A DNA stretch of 64,000 nt from Octopus bimaculoides (Eukaryota), in contig NC_069008.1 of NCBI RefSeq assembly GCF_001194135.2, positions 10,759,083 to 10,823,082 on the forward strand, read 5' to 3'. The notes under the pieces are model-generated. The model saw only the letters and a list, made by a program, of their open reading frames with translations, had not been told where the DNA came from and searched no databases. Below, in pieces: positions 37,131 through 51,099 of the stretch. The stretch's first letter is position 1; each line of letters opens with the position of its first letter. Both the position numbers and the translations under genes were made by a program.

Positions 37131-39206
37131 CAACTGTGAGTATTTTGCTAAGTTTGTTAACAGATACTATATTCTTTTGCCAAATTTTTGATATAAAAAA
37201 TATATAAACACATACATATATATATATATATGATGGGCTTCTTTCAGTTTCCGTCTACCAAATCCACTTACAAGGCTTTGGTCGTCCCGAGGCTATAGTA
37301 GAAGACACTTGCCCAAGGTGCCACACAGTGGGACTGAACCAGGAACCATGTGGTTGGTAAGCAGGCTACTTACGACAAAGCCACTCCTACGTTGTAGGAG
37401 TTCTTTTATCAAAGAATGATGAGTTGAAAAAATGTTCTTTTTATATTCCTTGGCAGGCAACCAGGGTTGTTGGGTGTGCATAAAAGAATACAAGAGTTAC
37501 AGAATGGAGAATGAGAAATGCAGGTGATATATGTTTCATAGCGAGTGAAACCTCAGAAGTGGTAAAATCCAAGTGAGGTGTATACTGCCAGCCACTCTTC
37601 AGGTCAAGGATATTTTGATTGGATTTAAAGGCTACATTGTTGCAAGGAGGTACATGTTGAGGCAAAGATTCAATCAGAATGTGTGAATGGTATAGTATGT
37701 GAGGGGTATATAAATGAGGGGAGAAATAATTAATAGTAGAAGGAAAGAAAGAAGAGAAAGAAGAATAAATAAATAAAATAAAATAAAATGAAATATAGAG
37801 GAGTGAGAGAAGGAAGGAATTGGATGGGTCAGTGGGAGATAATATAGTAGTTTTTAGCTTAATTACAGAATTCAATAGAGGGATTGGCATTTGAAGAGAG
37901 GAGAAATTGGAGGGGATAGGGTGAGGGAATATTTTTGGTTGTAGGGTACAAAAGAAAGTATCTATGAATAAAGCAAGGTAGGGTGGGGAGTTTAAGCGCG
38001 ACTTGGGGTTTTATGGTCAAAAGGTGTAAATTGGTACAAGAAAAAAAAAACAGACAACAATGAAGTGGTGAAGGTGTATGTAGACATATGAATTTATGGG
38101 TGGAGTGGGTAGGAGGGGAAGGGAGTAGAAATATAAGGAGAGAAGAATATTTTAGGTAGTAGGTAAAAAATATGGATAGAAAATTGTAATTGATGATGAA
38201 GGAATTAAAAAAAGAGAAAAATATTGTTGGTTTAATATACAGTAGTAGTGAGTGTGGATGAGTGGGGAAAAGAATATAAGGGAGCTATGGGGAGACAAGA
38301 GCGGGGTGAGGTTGTAATGTTTGGTATTTCAAGAATAGATTTAGTGCCTGATATTTACAAGTGAATATTACACTGCTGCATTCATTGAGACAATCTGTGG
38401 ATTGCAAAATAGCCATGACTGTGGCTATGCAGAGATGGCACTTATTATATCTGCTGTAAGGTTTGGCGTGGGTGATTATGGATCATTCACTATTTTCCCT
38501 TCGTTCAGGTCTAATGACCCTCTGTGTTTGTTTTCGTTTCCTTTCCCTGTATGTCTTCACTGTCCTGTTTTTGTTCCTAACTTTGACACTCCATAAATCT
38601 AAAATTTTACTAGAGTATTTATGGGAGAAACTGTCTTTGAAGATTCATATTGTTGCTGATTCCTCGAAATGGGGAGTAGATAGACAGCTGACAACTAATG
38701 AAGGGTCATTCTTTGTATTACTTGTCCTATTTTTCTCTCTTTATTTGCATATTCAACTGATTTGTTTTCCTATTTCATGTTGTTTACTGTTGGTGATGTC
38801 CTATACCCATATATGCATAGATATGCATATATATGCATATATATATANNNNNNNNNNNNNNNNNNNNNNNNNNNNNNNNNNNNNNNNNNNNNNNNNNNNN
38901 NNNNNNNNNNNNNNNNNNNNNNNNNNNNNNNNNNNNNNNNNNNNNNNNNNNNNNNNNNNNNNNNNNNNNNNNNNNNNNNNNNNNNNNNNNNNNNNNNNNN
39001 NNNNNNNNNNNNNNNNNNNNNNNNNNNNNNNNNNNNNNNNNNNNNNNNNNNNNNNNNNNNNNNNNNNNNNNNNNNNNNNNNNNNNNNNNNNNNNNNNNNN
39101 NNNNNNNNNNNNNNNNNNNNNNNNNNNNNNNNNNNNNNNNNNNNNNNNNNNNNNNNNNNNNNNNNNNNNNNNNNNNNNNNNNNNNNNNNNNNNNNNNNNN
39201 NNNNNT

Positions 39207-40185
39207 TAATCAATAATGTATTCACCCTTGTTGTTTGCAACTTCTTCCCAACGTTCAACAAGATTTTCAATACGTCGTTGGTAGAAATCACCCGATTTTG
39301 ACTTGAAAAATTGATCCAACCAAGCTCTCAATTCTGCATCAGTATTGAACAAAACTTCGTGCATAGCATTTGAAAGAGATCAAAAGAAGGTAGAAATCCA
39401 TTGGTGCCAAATCAGGAAAGTACAGCGGGTGTTGAAGCACTGCATTTGAATTACTTCCTTGGTCATTTTGGTGATATGAGGGCTGGTGTTGTCGTGCAGC
39501 AGAAGAACTCCATGCTGCCGATTAGGTTTTTTCTCTTGAATAGCCATGTTGAGTCGTCCCATCTGTTGAACATATAGTTCCATGATGACCATTTGGTTCC
39601 ATTCAAGCAATTCATAATGGATAATCCCTTCCCAAACCCACCATACGCACAACATCGTTTTATGTGGATGAAGATCCTGTTTCACTCTTGGTGTCACTTG
39701 TTTACCAGGGCCAAGTCATTCCTTACGCTTCTTCATATTGATGTACAGGCACCATTTTTCATCGCCAGTAATGATTCAGTAAAGAAATCGTTGCTTGTGT
39801 CCATGAGTTGAGCGGTGACGAGCAAGCAAACCAGCGGAAATTGTGGCTTGTTGATTTTTGTTGTTGTCACTTAAAGCGTGTGGAACCCATGCTCCATACT
39901 TCTGAAGCTTTCCCATCGAGTGAAGATGTTTCTCTATAGCAGTGCAGGAACATTCCATTTTCTCTGCCAGTTCCCTTGTCATTTGACAAGAATTTTCGTG
40001 CAAAAGTTGGTTTAATCACTTTTCATCGAACTCAACTTGATGGCCAGACCGAGGTGCATCTTTGAGGTCAAAATTTCCATTTTTGAACTTGGCATACCAA
40101 TCATGAGCGGTTCTTTCAGCTATGGCACCCTCTCCATACACAGCACAAATATCGCAAGCAGCTATTGTGGCCTTAGAACCTTGAT
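39207..40185 (-). mobile_element. Mariner DD34D transposase pseudogene
   Basis: GAWVPHALS, RIITGDEK, KTMLCVWW, LLLHDNTSPH. Confidence 0.88.
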
Positions 40186-40412
40186 TNNNNNNNNNNNNNN
40201 NNNNNNNNNNNNNNNNNNNNNNNNNNNNNNNNNNNNNNNNNNNNNNNNNNNNNNNNNNNNNNNNNNNNNNNNNNNNNNNNNNNNNNNNNNNNNNNNNNNN
40301 NNNNNNNNNNNNNNNNNNNNNNNNNNNNNNNNNNNNNNNNNNNNNNNNNNNNNNNNNNNNNNNNNNNNNNNNNNNNNNNNNNNNNNNNNNNNNNNNNNNN
40401 NNNNNNNNNNNN

Positions 40413-40452
<40 letters not shown>

Positions 40453-40505
40453 ATGTATGTATGTATGTATATGCGTGCGTGTGTGTCTGTGTGTATGTGT
40501 ATAAG

Positions 40506-41366
40506 AAGGGATGACCACTAAGTGGACATCCAACATGCTAGAAAGAGGTCATCAACGACCCAACCACAAAGAAAAATATTGTTCTCCAGAAAAAAATTTC
40601 GCAAAACACCAGATCATAAGCGGGCAAGACAAAATAAGAATTATACAGAATAAAGAATTAATTGTGTACCGGTTTCGACATTAACGTTTTACTTACATGA
40701 CAACATCCATGGTCTCTTCAGCCCAATCGTTCTAGAATCAATATAATTTGCTGAACTATACACGAATTGTCTTCATAAAATAAGACTTGCGTATAGTTTT
40801 ACTGATTACATTGGGGTTATTTTTCTCTGCAGAGAATAATTCACTGCAATATATGTTGCTGGCTGGAGAACATAATTATTAAAATTATTATATATATATA
40901 GATGGTGATAAATTGAATATTAATTCAATTTTCTGATGTTTTGCGAAATTTTTTTCTGGAGAACATTATTTTTCTTTGATGACCTCTTTCTAGCATATCA
41001 GATGTCCACTTAGTGGTCATCCCTACTTATACACATGTAATGCAATTTTTATGAATTTTCAGATTTTTTATATGCTAGGCCACTTGGTTTTAAATTGAAT
41101 TAATATTCAATTTATCACCCTATCTATATATAAACAACAATTTAAATAATTATGTTCTCCAACCGGCAGCATATACTGCAGTGAATTATTCTCTGCAGAA
41201 TTGTTTCCAGAATTTGGTGCACCAGAGCTGAGACATTTTGAAAAATAACCCCAATGTAATTGGTAGAACTATACGCAAGTCTTATTTTATGAAGACAATT
41301 TGTGTATAGTTCTGCAAATTATATTCATTCTAGAACGATTGTGCTGAAGAGACCACGGATGCTGTT
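40506..41366. mobile_element. Hammerhead retroelement family A: minus copy (40506-40930) abutting a plus copy (40931-41366)
   Basis: Both halves align to 20525-21261 but start at different permutation points. Confidence 0.8.
40661..40727 (-). ncRNA. Type I hammerhead ribozyme, intact core
   Basis: AUUGGG-CUGAAGA-GAC...GUC-GAAAC-CG-GUA/CACAAU. Stem III is the palindrome ACCGGU. The sister half-copy at 41338 has a perfect stem I strand, AUUGUG. Confidence 0.85.
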
Positions 41367-41386
41367 AATAATATATAATATATATA

Positions 41387-41423
<37 letters not shown>

Positions 41424-42727
41424 NNNNNNNNNNNNNNNNNNNNNNNNNNNNNNNNNNNNNNNNNNNNNNNNNNNNNNNNNNNNNNNNNNNNNNNNNNNNN
41501 NNNNNNNNNNNNNNNNNNNNNNNNNNNNNNNNNNNNNNNNNNNNNNNNNNNNNNNNNNNNNNNNNNNNNNNNNNNNNNNNNNNNNNNNNNNNNNNNNNNN
41601 NNNNNNNNNNNNNNNNNNNNNNNNNNNNNNNNNNNNNNNNATATATATATATATAGTTCAAAAAAACAATAACAAAAAAACAACAAAGTGAGGACGTGAT
41701 ATGGATAGTATTATTGGACGCTCAGGAAAGGAAAGAGAGAGAGTGTGTGTGTGTGTGTGTGTATTATGTATATCTATCTATCTATATTATTTAATAAAAT
41801 GGTGTGATCGAAAATGATAGTAGTACAGACATTTGGCTAGCCTGAAGCATAGACATGCCTTGTGTAGATAACATGAAGCAGATAATACTGAATTAATGAA
41901 GTTTATTTATCAATATATATAATACACTTCATTCCATATCAAGTTTGATAGAAATTTCAGTAAGTAATAACAAAAGCTGATAATTGATGGCTGTAACTCA
42001 GTGGGTGAAGGAAATGGAGCAGGTAATCATGTACTACATACGTTTTAAAGGAAACATCAAATGAAAGTTATGTAACATTAAGGTATGACATAGTCGTTCA
42101 GTGTTCCTTCTCCCCAAATACTTTTCAACCTGTTGTTTAGAAGTTCATTGCTGAAAAGGATTCACACCAAGAAACCAGGAAGAAACTTCTATACTTTCAT
42201 CAGACGAATGTGAAGTGAAAGTCCTGCCTGGTCAAGCAAGTAATATATTCCTTCTTTACAAGCAAACTATGGATAAGCGGAAAGGGGTGTGGTTTAAAGA
42301 ATGGGGTTGTTGGACCGAGATGTAAGAGAATGAAGGAGATAAATATTATCATTATCAGGTGATAAAGTTGAAACTACAGTGTTGAGGCAATAAGAGGAAA
42401 ATGAAAAATAAACTATACTCAATTTAGTTAATTTTGTTAATAAGAAAATAAGATTTTGCTAATAAGATAATTTTGAGCGAAGCTCTATGTGCAGACATCA
42501 GAATATAAAGTAAAATTATACAAGCAGACAAACGTACATTGAACTCGTATACATATGTATAATGAAGAGTACACACATACACACACAAAAACAAACCTAT
42601 GCACATGTACATCAATATGTATACACACAAAAGCACACACACATAAACATATGCATATACACACACACACACACCACATATACATGTATATATATGTGTG
42701 TGTACTTAAACACATGCACACACACAT

Positions 42728-42759
<32 letters not shown>

Positions 42760-42763
<4 letters not shown>

Positions 42764-43765
42764 TTTGTCACAAAGTGAATCAATTTTTTTTTAAATAGAT
42801 CTATTGTTTTATTTACAATTTAATTAGACTTTTATCTTTGAAAATAATTCTCTCAACTTTGACAACACTATGTTCTGGAATGTATTTTCAGGGATTGAGT
42901 ACAGTTCACATTGCAAAATTTCTTCACCCTCTTTAGAAATCTGTGAAGTTTCAAAGTGGCTTTTTACTTGAGAAATTGTGGTAAAATTAACCAAATCTGG
43001 AGAGTAACTGAGGTTTGAGGGCCTTTTCATGCTTTGCCATATTGTCACAGAGAAAGAGTGATACATGGACAAGTGTGTGCCATTTTTTTTGCTCTGCCAT
43101 TTTCCAGCACCCAACGATAGCCAAACAAAACACGTTTATTGATCTTCTGGCCATATGGAATAAAACTTGTCATGAATGATGCTCCTCAAATCAAAAACAG
43201 AAATCAGCATTATCACATTTTAGCAACTCTCAAGTGTTGTTTTGGCTCACAGTGATGATGGTTCAACCAACTGTAACAAATGCCTTTTCCTTTCAACATT
43301 AGGAACATACACTTAATTTTCAACTCTTATTGAGACACTTTTCACCAAATTTTCATCAACAGTCAAATGTTCAAACAACTGACTGATTGTGACTCAGTTC
43401 TCTTTTTATTCATTTGTCAGCAGACACACCATAAGTTTTATGCAACACAATACATCTTCATTTTTCTTTTGAAATCATATGGAATGAACTTCTGCTAATA
43501 CTTATTTGTTTGGAAACTTCACAGACATCCCAGGTTACAATTTTCATGGATCACAGCATGCCCTATGGCAGTACAATCATTGTTTGGTGTCATGGAATCT
43601 AGACTAAAAACAAACAAAATGTGAAAACTAATTCTTTGCTTTAAGCACTAAAAACGTAAATTAAAGGCATTAACATCTGTAACTTACAGTAAACTCGTTA
43701 GTAGGTGAGGAAAAAGAAATCAAAGTAGATATGTAAACACTGTCACAAATTATCTGACTGTATTC
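42760..43765 (-). mobile_element. Highly decayed mariner
   Basis: YSPDL motif and C-terminal remnants; ends resemble each other (tgtcacaaa). Confidence 0.55.
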
Positions 43766-45253
43766 AGAGTTGGGAATAAACCCCTGCCGTCTGACTTTAA
43801 TAGTCTACAAAATTATATTTATTGCACAATATAATTCTTATTGGTGAAATTTGACCAATATTTCTCAAAGGAAAACAAAATTTATGGCAGAATTCTGGTT
43901 TAAACACCCCTACATAACCAGTCATAACATTTCAGTTTTTATGAATTTTCAAAAATCGTTTTGCATATTTGTCTTCCACACATGGGAATTCATACAATTA
44001 GGCAACAAAATATTTCTTTTTAATTTTTTAACCCTACCCCACATAATCCTAAAAGTTCTATCCTTTTTTCAAATATTTTTTAATGCCAGCAGTGGACCAC
44101 CTTTGGGTACATCATTATTCCATTAAATGTGTTTAGGGGAGAAAAATATTGAAAAACATCAATACATGTCAGAGTGACAATGAAAATAGGATGGTATCAA
44201 GTGGTCATGGGATGTGCCAAAAACAACAGCTAAACCGCCCTTAAATTACACACAATTTTTTTTCCTTTTTGCATTATCGTATGAATTCCTGTGTGTAGAG
44301 CACAAATTCAGAAATATTTTCTGAAAATTCCAAAAAATTTAAAGATGGTATGAGGATTATATGAGAGGCTTAAACCAGAATTCTACCAAATTTGCATGTA
44401 CAAGAATATCTGCTAGGTTTATCTAGCAGTTCTCCACAAGTTAAAACAGTGAGAGGGAATAAACAACATACTCAATACAACAATTCCATGCTAACTTTGG
44501 TTACAATTTAATGCATTTTTTGAAGAAGCATATGTTTAGCTAGTAATTAATTTGTCCATTTCTTGAAATTCTGGCACAAACTCGATATTTGAAACCTTGG
44601 ATTTGTGTTCCGTTTGTCATCTCACCATGCATAAATACATCATTTTGGTAAGTAGCTTCTTTTACTGACTTTGGTTTTCTTTTGTCATATTGTTTCCAGA
44701 TTTAGCAATAACGATATTGAATTTGCAAGAAATTTCTTTCCTTATGATACGAAAATCTTGAAGAAAATATGTTCTTTCCTAAGTGAAAATTAACAATAAA
44801 ATTTACACTTTTATATTTTACAACTGTTATCTGACCTACCCCCATTGATTTATATATATATATATAAAACAAAAAACAATTCTCTTCATGACTGTGATTT
44901 TCAACACAACTCAAGTTATAGCACTCCAGTGCACTGAACTAGAATGAGGTCTGCTGTTCAGCAGACAAAAGAACAATAAAAAACGAAGGTGATCTTGGTC
45001 GGATTTGAGCCCAGAAAGCAGAGCAGTGTAAGAAATACTGTAAGGTATTTTGTATGATGCTTTCATGATTCTGCTAATTCACTGTTGTGTGTGTGTGTGT
45101 GTGTGTGTGTGAGTGAAGGATATAAAGACAGAGAGTGTAAGTGAAAAAGAGAATAATGGGGAGAGAGAGAGAGAAACTGTTAGACAGAGACAGGAGGACA
45201 GAGAGTGTATGTGTGAAAGGGAGAATGTGAAAAAGAAAAAGGGTGTACATGTG

Positions 45254-45305
<52 letters not shown>

Positions 45306-46416
45306 NNNNNNNNNNNNNNNNNNNNNNNNNNNNNNNNNNNNNNNNNNNNNNNNNNNNNNNNNNNNNNNNNNNNNNNNNNNNNNNNNNNNNNNNNNNNNNN
45401 NNNNNNNNNNNNNNNNNNNNNNNNNNNNNNNNNNNNNNNNNNNNNNNNNNNNNNNNNNNNNNNNNNNNNNNNNNNNNNNNNNNNNNNNNNNNNNNNNNNN
45501 NNNNNNNNNNNNNNNNNNNNNNNNNNNNNNNNNNNNNNNNNNNNNNNNNNNNNNNNNNNNNNNNNNNNNNNNNNNNNNNNNNNNNNNNNNNNNNNNNNNN
45601 NNNNNNNNNNNNNNNNNNNNNNNNNNNNNNNNNNNNNNNNNNNNNNNNNNNNNNNNNNNNNNNNNNNNNNNNNNNNNNNNNNNNNNNNNNNNNNNNNNNN
45701 NNNNNNNNNNNNNNNNNNNNNNNNNNNNNNNNNNNNNNNNNNNNNNNNNNNNNNNNNNNNNNNNNNNNNTATATATATATATATATATATATGTTTGTGT
45801 ATGTGAGTGTATGTGCTTGCATGTGTGAGAGTGTGTATGAGTGAGTATGTGAGTGAGTGCATGTGTGTGTATCTGTGTTTATGTGTGTTCTTGAAAGCAA
45901 AGGTGGAGGGGAGGAGCAGATAAAATAGAAGAGAAAGTAAGTGGAGTCAGTAATGGAATGTGAGGGGATGGTGGTGAGAGAATAAAGAGAAGCAGCCATT
46001 GCATTTATCAGATGTGTGTCTAAAGAGAAGAGGATTTCAAGAAGGTCGATACAGTAGTGGTGGAGGTGGTGGTAGTGGACATTCATTGCCAAGTACATGC
46101 ATCGTTAAATATGTAGGGACATAGCTACAAATATATTTAATTTTATACATACATACATATTTATATACATGTGTGTCTGTGTGTGTGTATTTATACTTAG
46201 GTATATATGTAGGTTTTTTTATGTACATATATAAATATTCATATTCAGACCAGAATGTGTGCGTGTGTGTGCATGTATGTGTGTATATTTGTGTGTATGT
46301 ATATTTATGTATGTATGTATCTATCTATCTATATATATATATATATACATATACAAGCATACTTAATGAAATGTATGCCCTCATTCAAATAAATGAGTGT
46401 ATATATATGTATGTGA

Positions 46417-46476
<60 letters not shown>

Positions 46477-47454
46477 NNNNNNNNNNNNNNNNNNNNNNNN
46501 NNNNNNNNNNNNNNNNNNNNNNNNNNNNNNNNNNNNNNNNNNNNNNNNNNNNNNNNNNNNNNNNNNNNNNNNNNNNNNNNNNNNNNNNNNNNNNNNNNNN
46601 NNNNNNNNNNNNNNNNNNNNNNNNNNNNNNNNNNNNNNNNNNNNNNNNNNNNNNNNNNNNNNNNNNNNNNNNNNNNNNNNNNNNNNNNTATATATATATA
46701 TATACGTATGTATGTATCTTTATCTAAATATATAAATATATATCCGCTTATATATCCACAAAATCTCCATACACACTTTCATGCAGACATATGGTCAGAC
46801 ATATATATGCATGCATGCATGTGTACACACACACACACACACACACAGACAGACACATACACATACCCACACAAATAAACAGGTATGCAGACATACACAC
46901 GCATACAAAATTCAGATATACAGTATCCTACAAGGACAATTCAAAATGAGATATGCCATAAAACAAAATGGCAGAATCGATACTATAATGACATATCAAA
47001 CAATAAATCGACTTGACTTGATATCAACTGAAGTGTATTGTTGTGTATCAAGACAATATATTTAATTATACACACCTCACTTCACTAGTATTCATAGAAA
47101 TGTGAGGCAGAATCTCTGTGAATGTTACACTCCTGTCTCCATTGTCTTTATTTTCAAAACATTTGAATTATCTGAGCTTATTGTAATCATCACCCTTGTT
47201 GTTTTAGGTTTTGTGATTCCCAAGAGAGAAATTTTGTCTTGTAATTGTATAGATAATCACCTGCGAATTGAAGTTTTTCAACCCCTTCTATTGTGCATGT
47301 GAAATTGCAGGCATGTGCAGGCATGATTCTGTGTTTAAGAATATTGCTCCGTTATCATGTAGCTTCAGGTTCAATCCCACTAAACTGTAGCCTAGGCAGG
47401 TGTGTCTTCTGCTATAACAATAGATCTTGTAGCTGGAAATTAAAAGAAGTCTGT

Positions 47455-47512
<58 letters not shown>

Positions 47513-47552
47513 TGTATGTATGTATGGATGGATGGATGGATGAATGTATATA

Positions 47553-47905
47553 GGTGCAGGTGTGGCTGTGTGGTAAGAAGTTTGCTTCTCAACCACATGG
47601 TTTCAGGTTCATTCCCAGTGCATGGCACCTTGGGCAAGTGTCTTCTAACCAAAGACTTGTGAGTGGATTTGGTAGATGGAAACTGAAAGAACCCAATCAC
47701 ATATATATGTGTGTGTGTGTGTGTGTTTGTTTACAACTGGTGTTGGAATGTTTACATCCCTGTAACTTAGCAGTTCCGTAAAAAAGATCAATAGAATAGG
47801 TACTAGGCTTTAAAGAAATACACTGGGAGTGATTCATTCAACTAAAAATTCTTCAAGGCAGTGCCCCAGCATGGCCACAATCTAATTAACTGACAAATAA
47901 AAGAC
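47553..47905 (+). mobile_element. SINE family 1, near full length
   Basis: Head, core, (TG)n and the 3' half. Confidence 0.8.
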
Positions 47906-48350
47906 AGTGGAGCACTAACAGCACTGTCAAGCGTGTTCATTGCCAGAGCAGCTGTCTGGCTTCCGTGCCAGTGGCCCGTAAATAGCACCATTAGAGCGTA
48001 ATCGTTACCATTGTTGCCTTCTAGCACTTGTTCTGGTGGCACATTTAGAAAATCATTCGAGCGAGGTCATTGCCAGTGCCCCTGGACTGGCTCCCGTGCA
48101 GGTGGCATGTAAAAAATACCTTTTGAGCGTGGCCATTGCCAGTACCATGTGACTGGCCCTCATGCTGGTGGCACGTAAAAGCACCCACTACACTCTCGGA
48201 GTGGTTGGCGTTAGGAAGGGCATCCAGCTGTAGAAACTCTGCCAGATCAGATTGGAGCCTGGTGCAGCCTTCTGGCTTGCCAGTCCTCAGTCAAATCGTC
48301 CAACCCATGCTAGCATGGAAAGCTGACGTTAAACGATGATGATGATGATA
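47905..48350 (+). mobile_element. RTE-family 3' UTR fragment with (GAT)n tail (also at 56170-56395)
   Basis: Reverse complement of 14213-14420 (ggcgttaggaagggcatccagctgtagaaactctgcc). Confidence 0.75.
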
Positions 48351-48559
48351 TATATATATATGCATGTATGTATGTATAGATATATATGTATATATTTCTT
48401 AAGACTTCATTTAGCATTTGGGCCATAGACATGATAATGTACGCAGATGCAGAAGTGGCTGCGTGGTAAGAAGCTTGCTTTCCAACCATGTGGATCTGCA
48501 TTCAGTTCCATTGTGTGGTACCTTGAACAAGTGCCTTCTACTATTGTGCGTGTGTGCGA

Positions 48560-49860
48560 GTGTTGATATACATATACATCTGAGTGTGTGGGCAGGGCAG
48601 GGCAGAGTAAGTATGCATATGTGCATACCCACATGTATGAGCATGAATGTGGATCACACATGCTCGAGTGTGTGTGTGTCTGGAGATGCCACTATGAAAG
48701 GTTGCTCAATAAAGAGAATGAATGGGAGTAAGAGAGTCTGACGAATGTCAACCCAACAGCAATCTAAATTGACAGTACCTTGATAGATAAAGCAATTAAG
48801 TGTATGAAGACAGGGGAAGCCCCCGGCCCATCAGGAATCACCACAGAGATGCTCAAAATATCTGATGGTGTTGGCTATAGCCTAATCACCTGTATAGTTA
48901 ACCAGGTGATACATGAAGGAGTCATACCCAATGACTGGTGTAGCAACACCATAGTCAGCTGCTACAAAGGTAAAGGTGACACTTTAGATCCAAATATAAA
49001 ATGCTCTGAAAGTGTAGCTGCTAGAATAAGAATAGCCTGGGCAAAGTTCAGAGAGCTCCTACCTCTGCTGGTGACAAAGGGCCTCTCGCTCAGATTAAAA
49101 GGCAGACTGTATGACGCATGTGTGCAAACTGCCATGCTACATGGCAGTGAAACATGGGCTGTGACAGCTGAGGACATGCATAAGCATGCAAGGAAGGAAG
49201 CCAGTATACTCCAATGGATGTGTAATGTCAATGTGCATACATGACAGAGCATAAACGCCCTGAGAGAAAAGTTGAATTTAAGAAGCATCAGATGTGGTGT
49301 GCAAGAGAGATGACTGAGCTGGTATGGAGATATGCTGTGCTTGAGAAGATCCGACAAGCCAAGTGAGACCATAGCCCATGGCCTATGCCAGTGGGTGTAA
49401 CCAGCCCATTTATGAATACCCCTCATTCATTGGACAATAAACCTTGCTTATGAAGACCTATTGAGGCAAGTGAAATCAAAATCAAAATTGCTCACATAGC
49501 CAACGACAGTACTGCCTGATTGGCACTCGCTCGTGCCAGTGGATCATTAAAAGCACATCCAAATGTGGGGTGTAACTGGCTCACTTATGAGTACCCCTCA
49601 TTCATTCGACAATGAACTTTGCTTGCAAAGACCTATTGAGGCAAGTGTAAACAAACCAAAATCGCTGATGTGGCCAATGACAGTACCGCATGATTGGCAC
49701 TCATCCCAGTGGAACATTTAAAGCACATCTGAGCGTGATTGTTGCCAGGGCTACGGATTGGCCCCTGTGCCGGTGACATTTGTAAAGCACCATTTGAGAA
49801 TGATCATTGCCAGCGTTGCCTTACCGGCACATGTGCCAGTGGCACATGAAAAAAAGCATT
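48560..49860 (+). mobile_element. Internally deleted RTE LINE with a duplicated 3' UTR segment
   Basis: KAIKCMKTGEAPGPSGITTEML...YKGKGD is fused to ARIRIAWAKFRELLPLL...MLHGSETWA; RT motifs 2-7 are missing. Confidence 0.8.
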
Positions 49861-49881
49861 TGAGCATATATTTATGTGTAT

Positions 49882-50017
49882 TTAAAAGCAGCAGAAATAT
49901 AACAAAAAAAAACGTTACTCTGAGTTTCACGTTCCCGTTCATCGGACAAACTGTCCGATGAACGGGAACGTGAAACTCAGAGTAACGGTTTTTTTGTTAT
50001 ATTTCTGCTGCTTTTAA
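49882..50017. ncRNA. Near-perfect hairpin made of two back-to-back hammerhead-like motifs
   Basis: Plus copy 49948-49991: AAACUGU-CCGAUGA-ACG(GGAA)CGU-GAAAC-UCAGA-GUA/ACGGUUU. A mirror copy lies on the minus strand; the spacer is 49949-49951. Confidence 0.7.
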
Positions 50018-50402
50018 GTAAAGCATATTACTCTACCTCTAGTATTTGAGTACTCTTTTTTCCACCTTGTTGCACATTTCATGTGCTTACTCCGGTATAT
50101 TTATGTGTATTTAAAAGCAGCNNNNNNNNNNNNNNNNNNNNNNNNNNNNNNNNNNNNNNNNNNNNNNNNNNNNNNNNNNNNNNNNNNNNNNNNNNNNNNN
50201 NNNNNNNNNNNNNNNNNNNNNNNNNNNNNNNNNNNNNNNNNNNNNNNNNNNNNNNNNNNNNNNNNNNNNNNNNNNNNNNNNNNNNNNNNNNNNNNNNNNN
50301 NNNNNNNNNNNNNNNNNNNNNNNNNNNNNNNNNNNNNNNNNNNNNNNNNNNNNNNNNNNNNNNNNNNNNNNNNNNNNNNNNNNNNNNNNNNNNNNNNNNN
50401 NN

Positions 50403-50470
<68 letters not shown>

Positions 50471-50523
50471 GTATATGTACATGTATATATGTATGCATGT
50501 ATGTATATGTATGTATGTATATA

Positions 50524-50900
50524 TACGAGTGTAATTCCAAAAGTAAGGTCTCCAAAAATATATAGAAATTACAGAAATGTTTTTTGTCAATGACGTTTAC
50601 ATCATTTTAAAGTTTGAACATTTATCTATTTTTCCTACATTTATCTATTTTTTCGGTTGATGTACTTTTGTAGGTGCTGGGGCAGTTTTTGTATGCCCAT
50701 GTCATACCAGCTTACCGCCATGTTGAGGAAGCGTTGAACCTCATCTTTCATCTCGTCATCACTGAAGTGCATTTTGACCAAATGTTCTTTCAACTTAGGG
50801 AGCAGGTGGTAGTCACTGGGTGCCAGGTCTGGGCTATAAGGTCAGTAGTAATTTATTGTCTTCTGTGAGCATTCATGTGACCATCTTGCACACACTTTCT
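50524..50900 (-). mobile_element. Mariner fragment with TIR
   Basis: tacgagtgtaattccaaaagtaagg terminus; plus-strand text gtcatcactgaagtgcattttgacc is typical of the transposase C-terminal region read antisense. Confidence 0.5.
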
Positions 50901-51099
50901 GATATTGCAACTTTTTACTCAAAAAGTATGGTGCTTTAGGAAACCTCAGGAACCAAAATGTCAAAGGTAGTTTATAGAAAGAAAGAAATTAGCAGAAAAC
51001 TAATAGTAGAGAGATATAGTGTAATATGTGAATTAGAATACTGCTTAAAGGAATGGAAGAAGATGTATTTAGTGGAAGTGCAATGTAAGAAGACAGTTA

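Noticed and set aside
37441-38600. Purine-rich block with a 149-aa minus ORF, possibly an old LINE or PLE
   Set aside because: No diagnostic motif could be read with confidence.
38690-38730. CUAAUGAAGGG, HHR-like start
   Set aside because: No downstream GAAA box or stems found.
42468-42495. GAGC/GCUC hairpin resembling the PLE minimal HHR
   Set aside because: Both core boxes are too degenerate to call.
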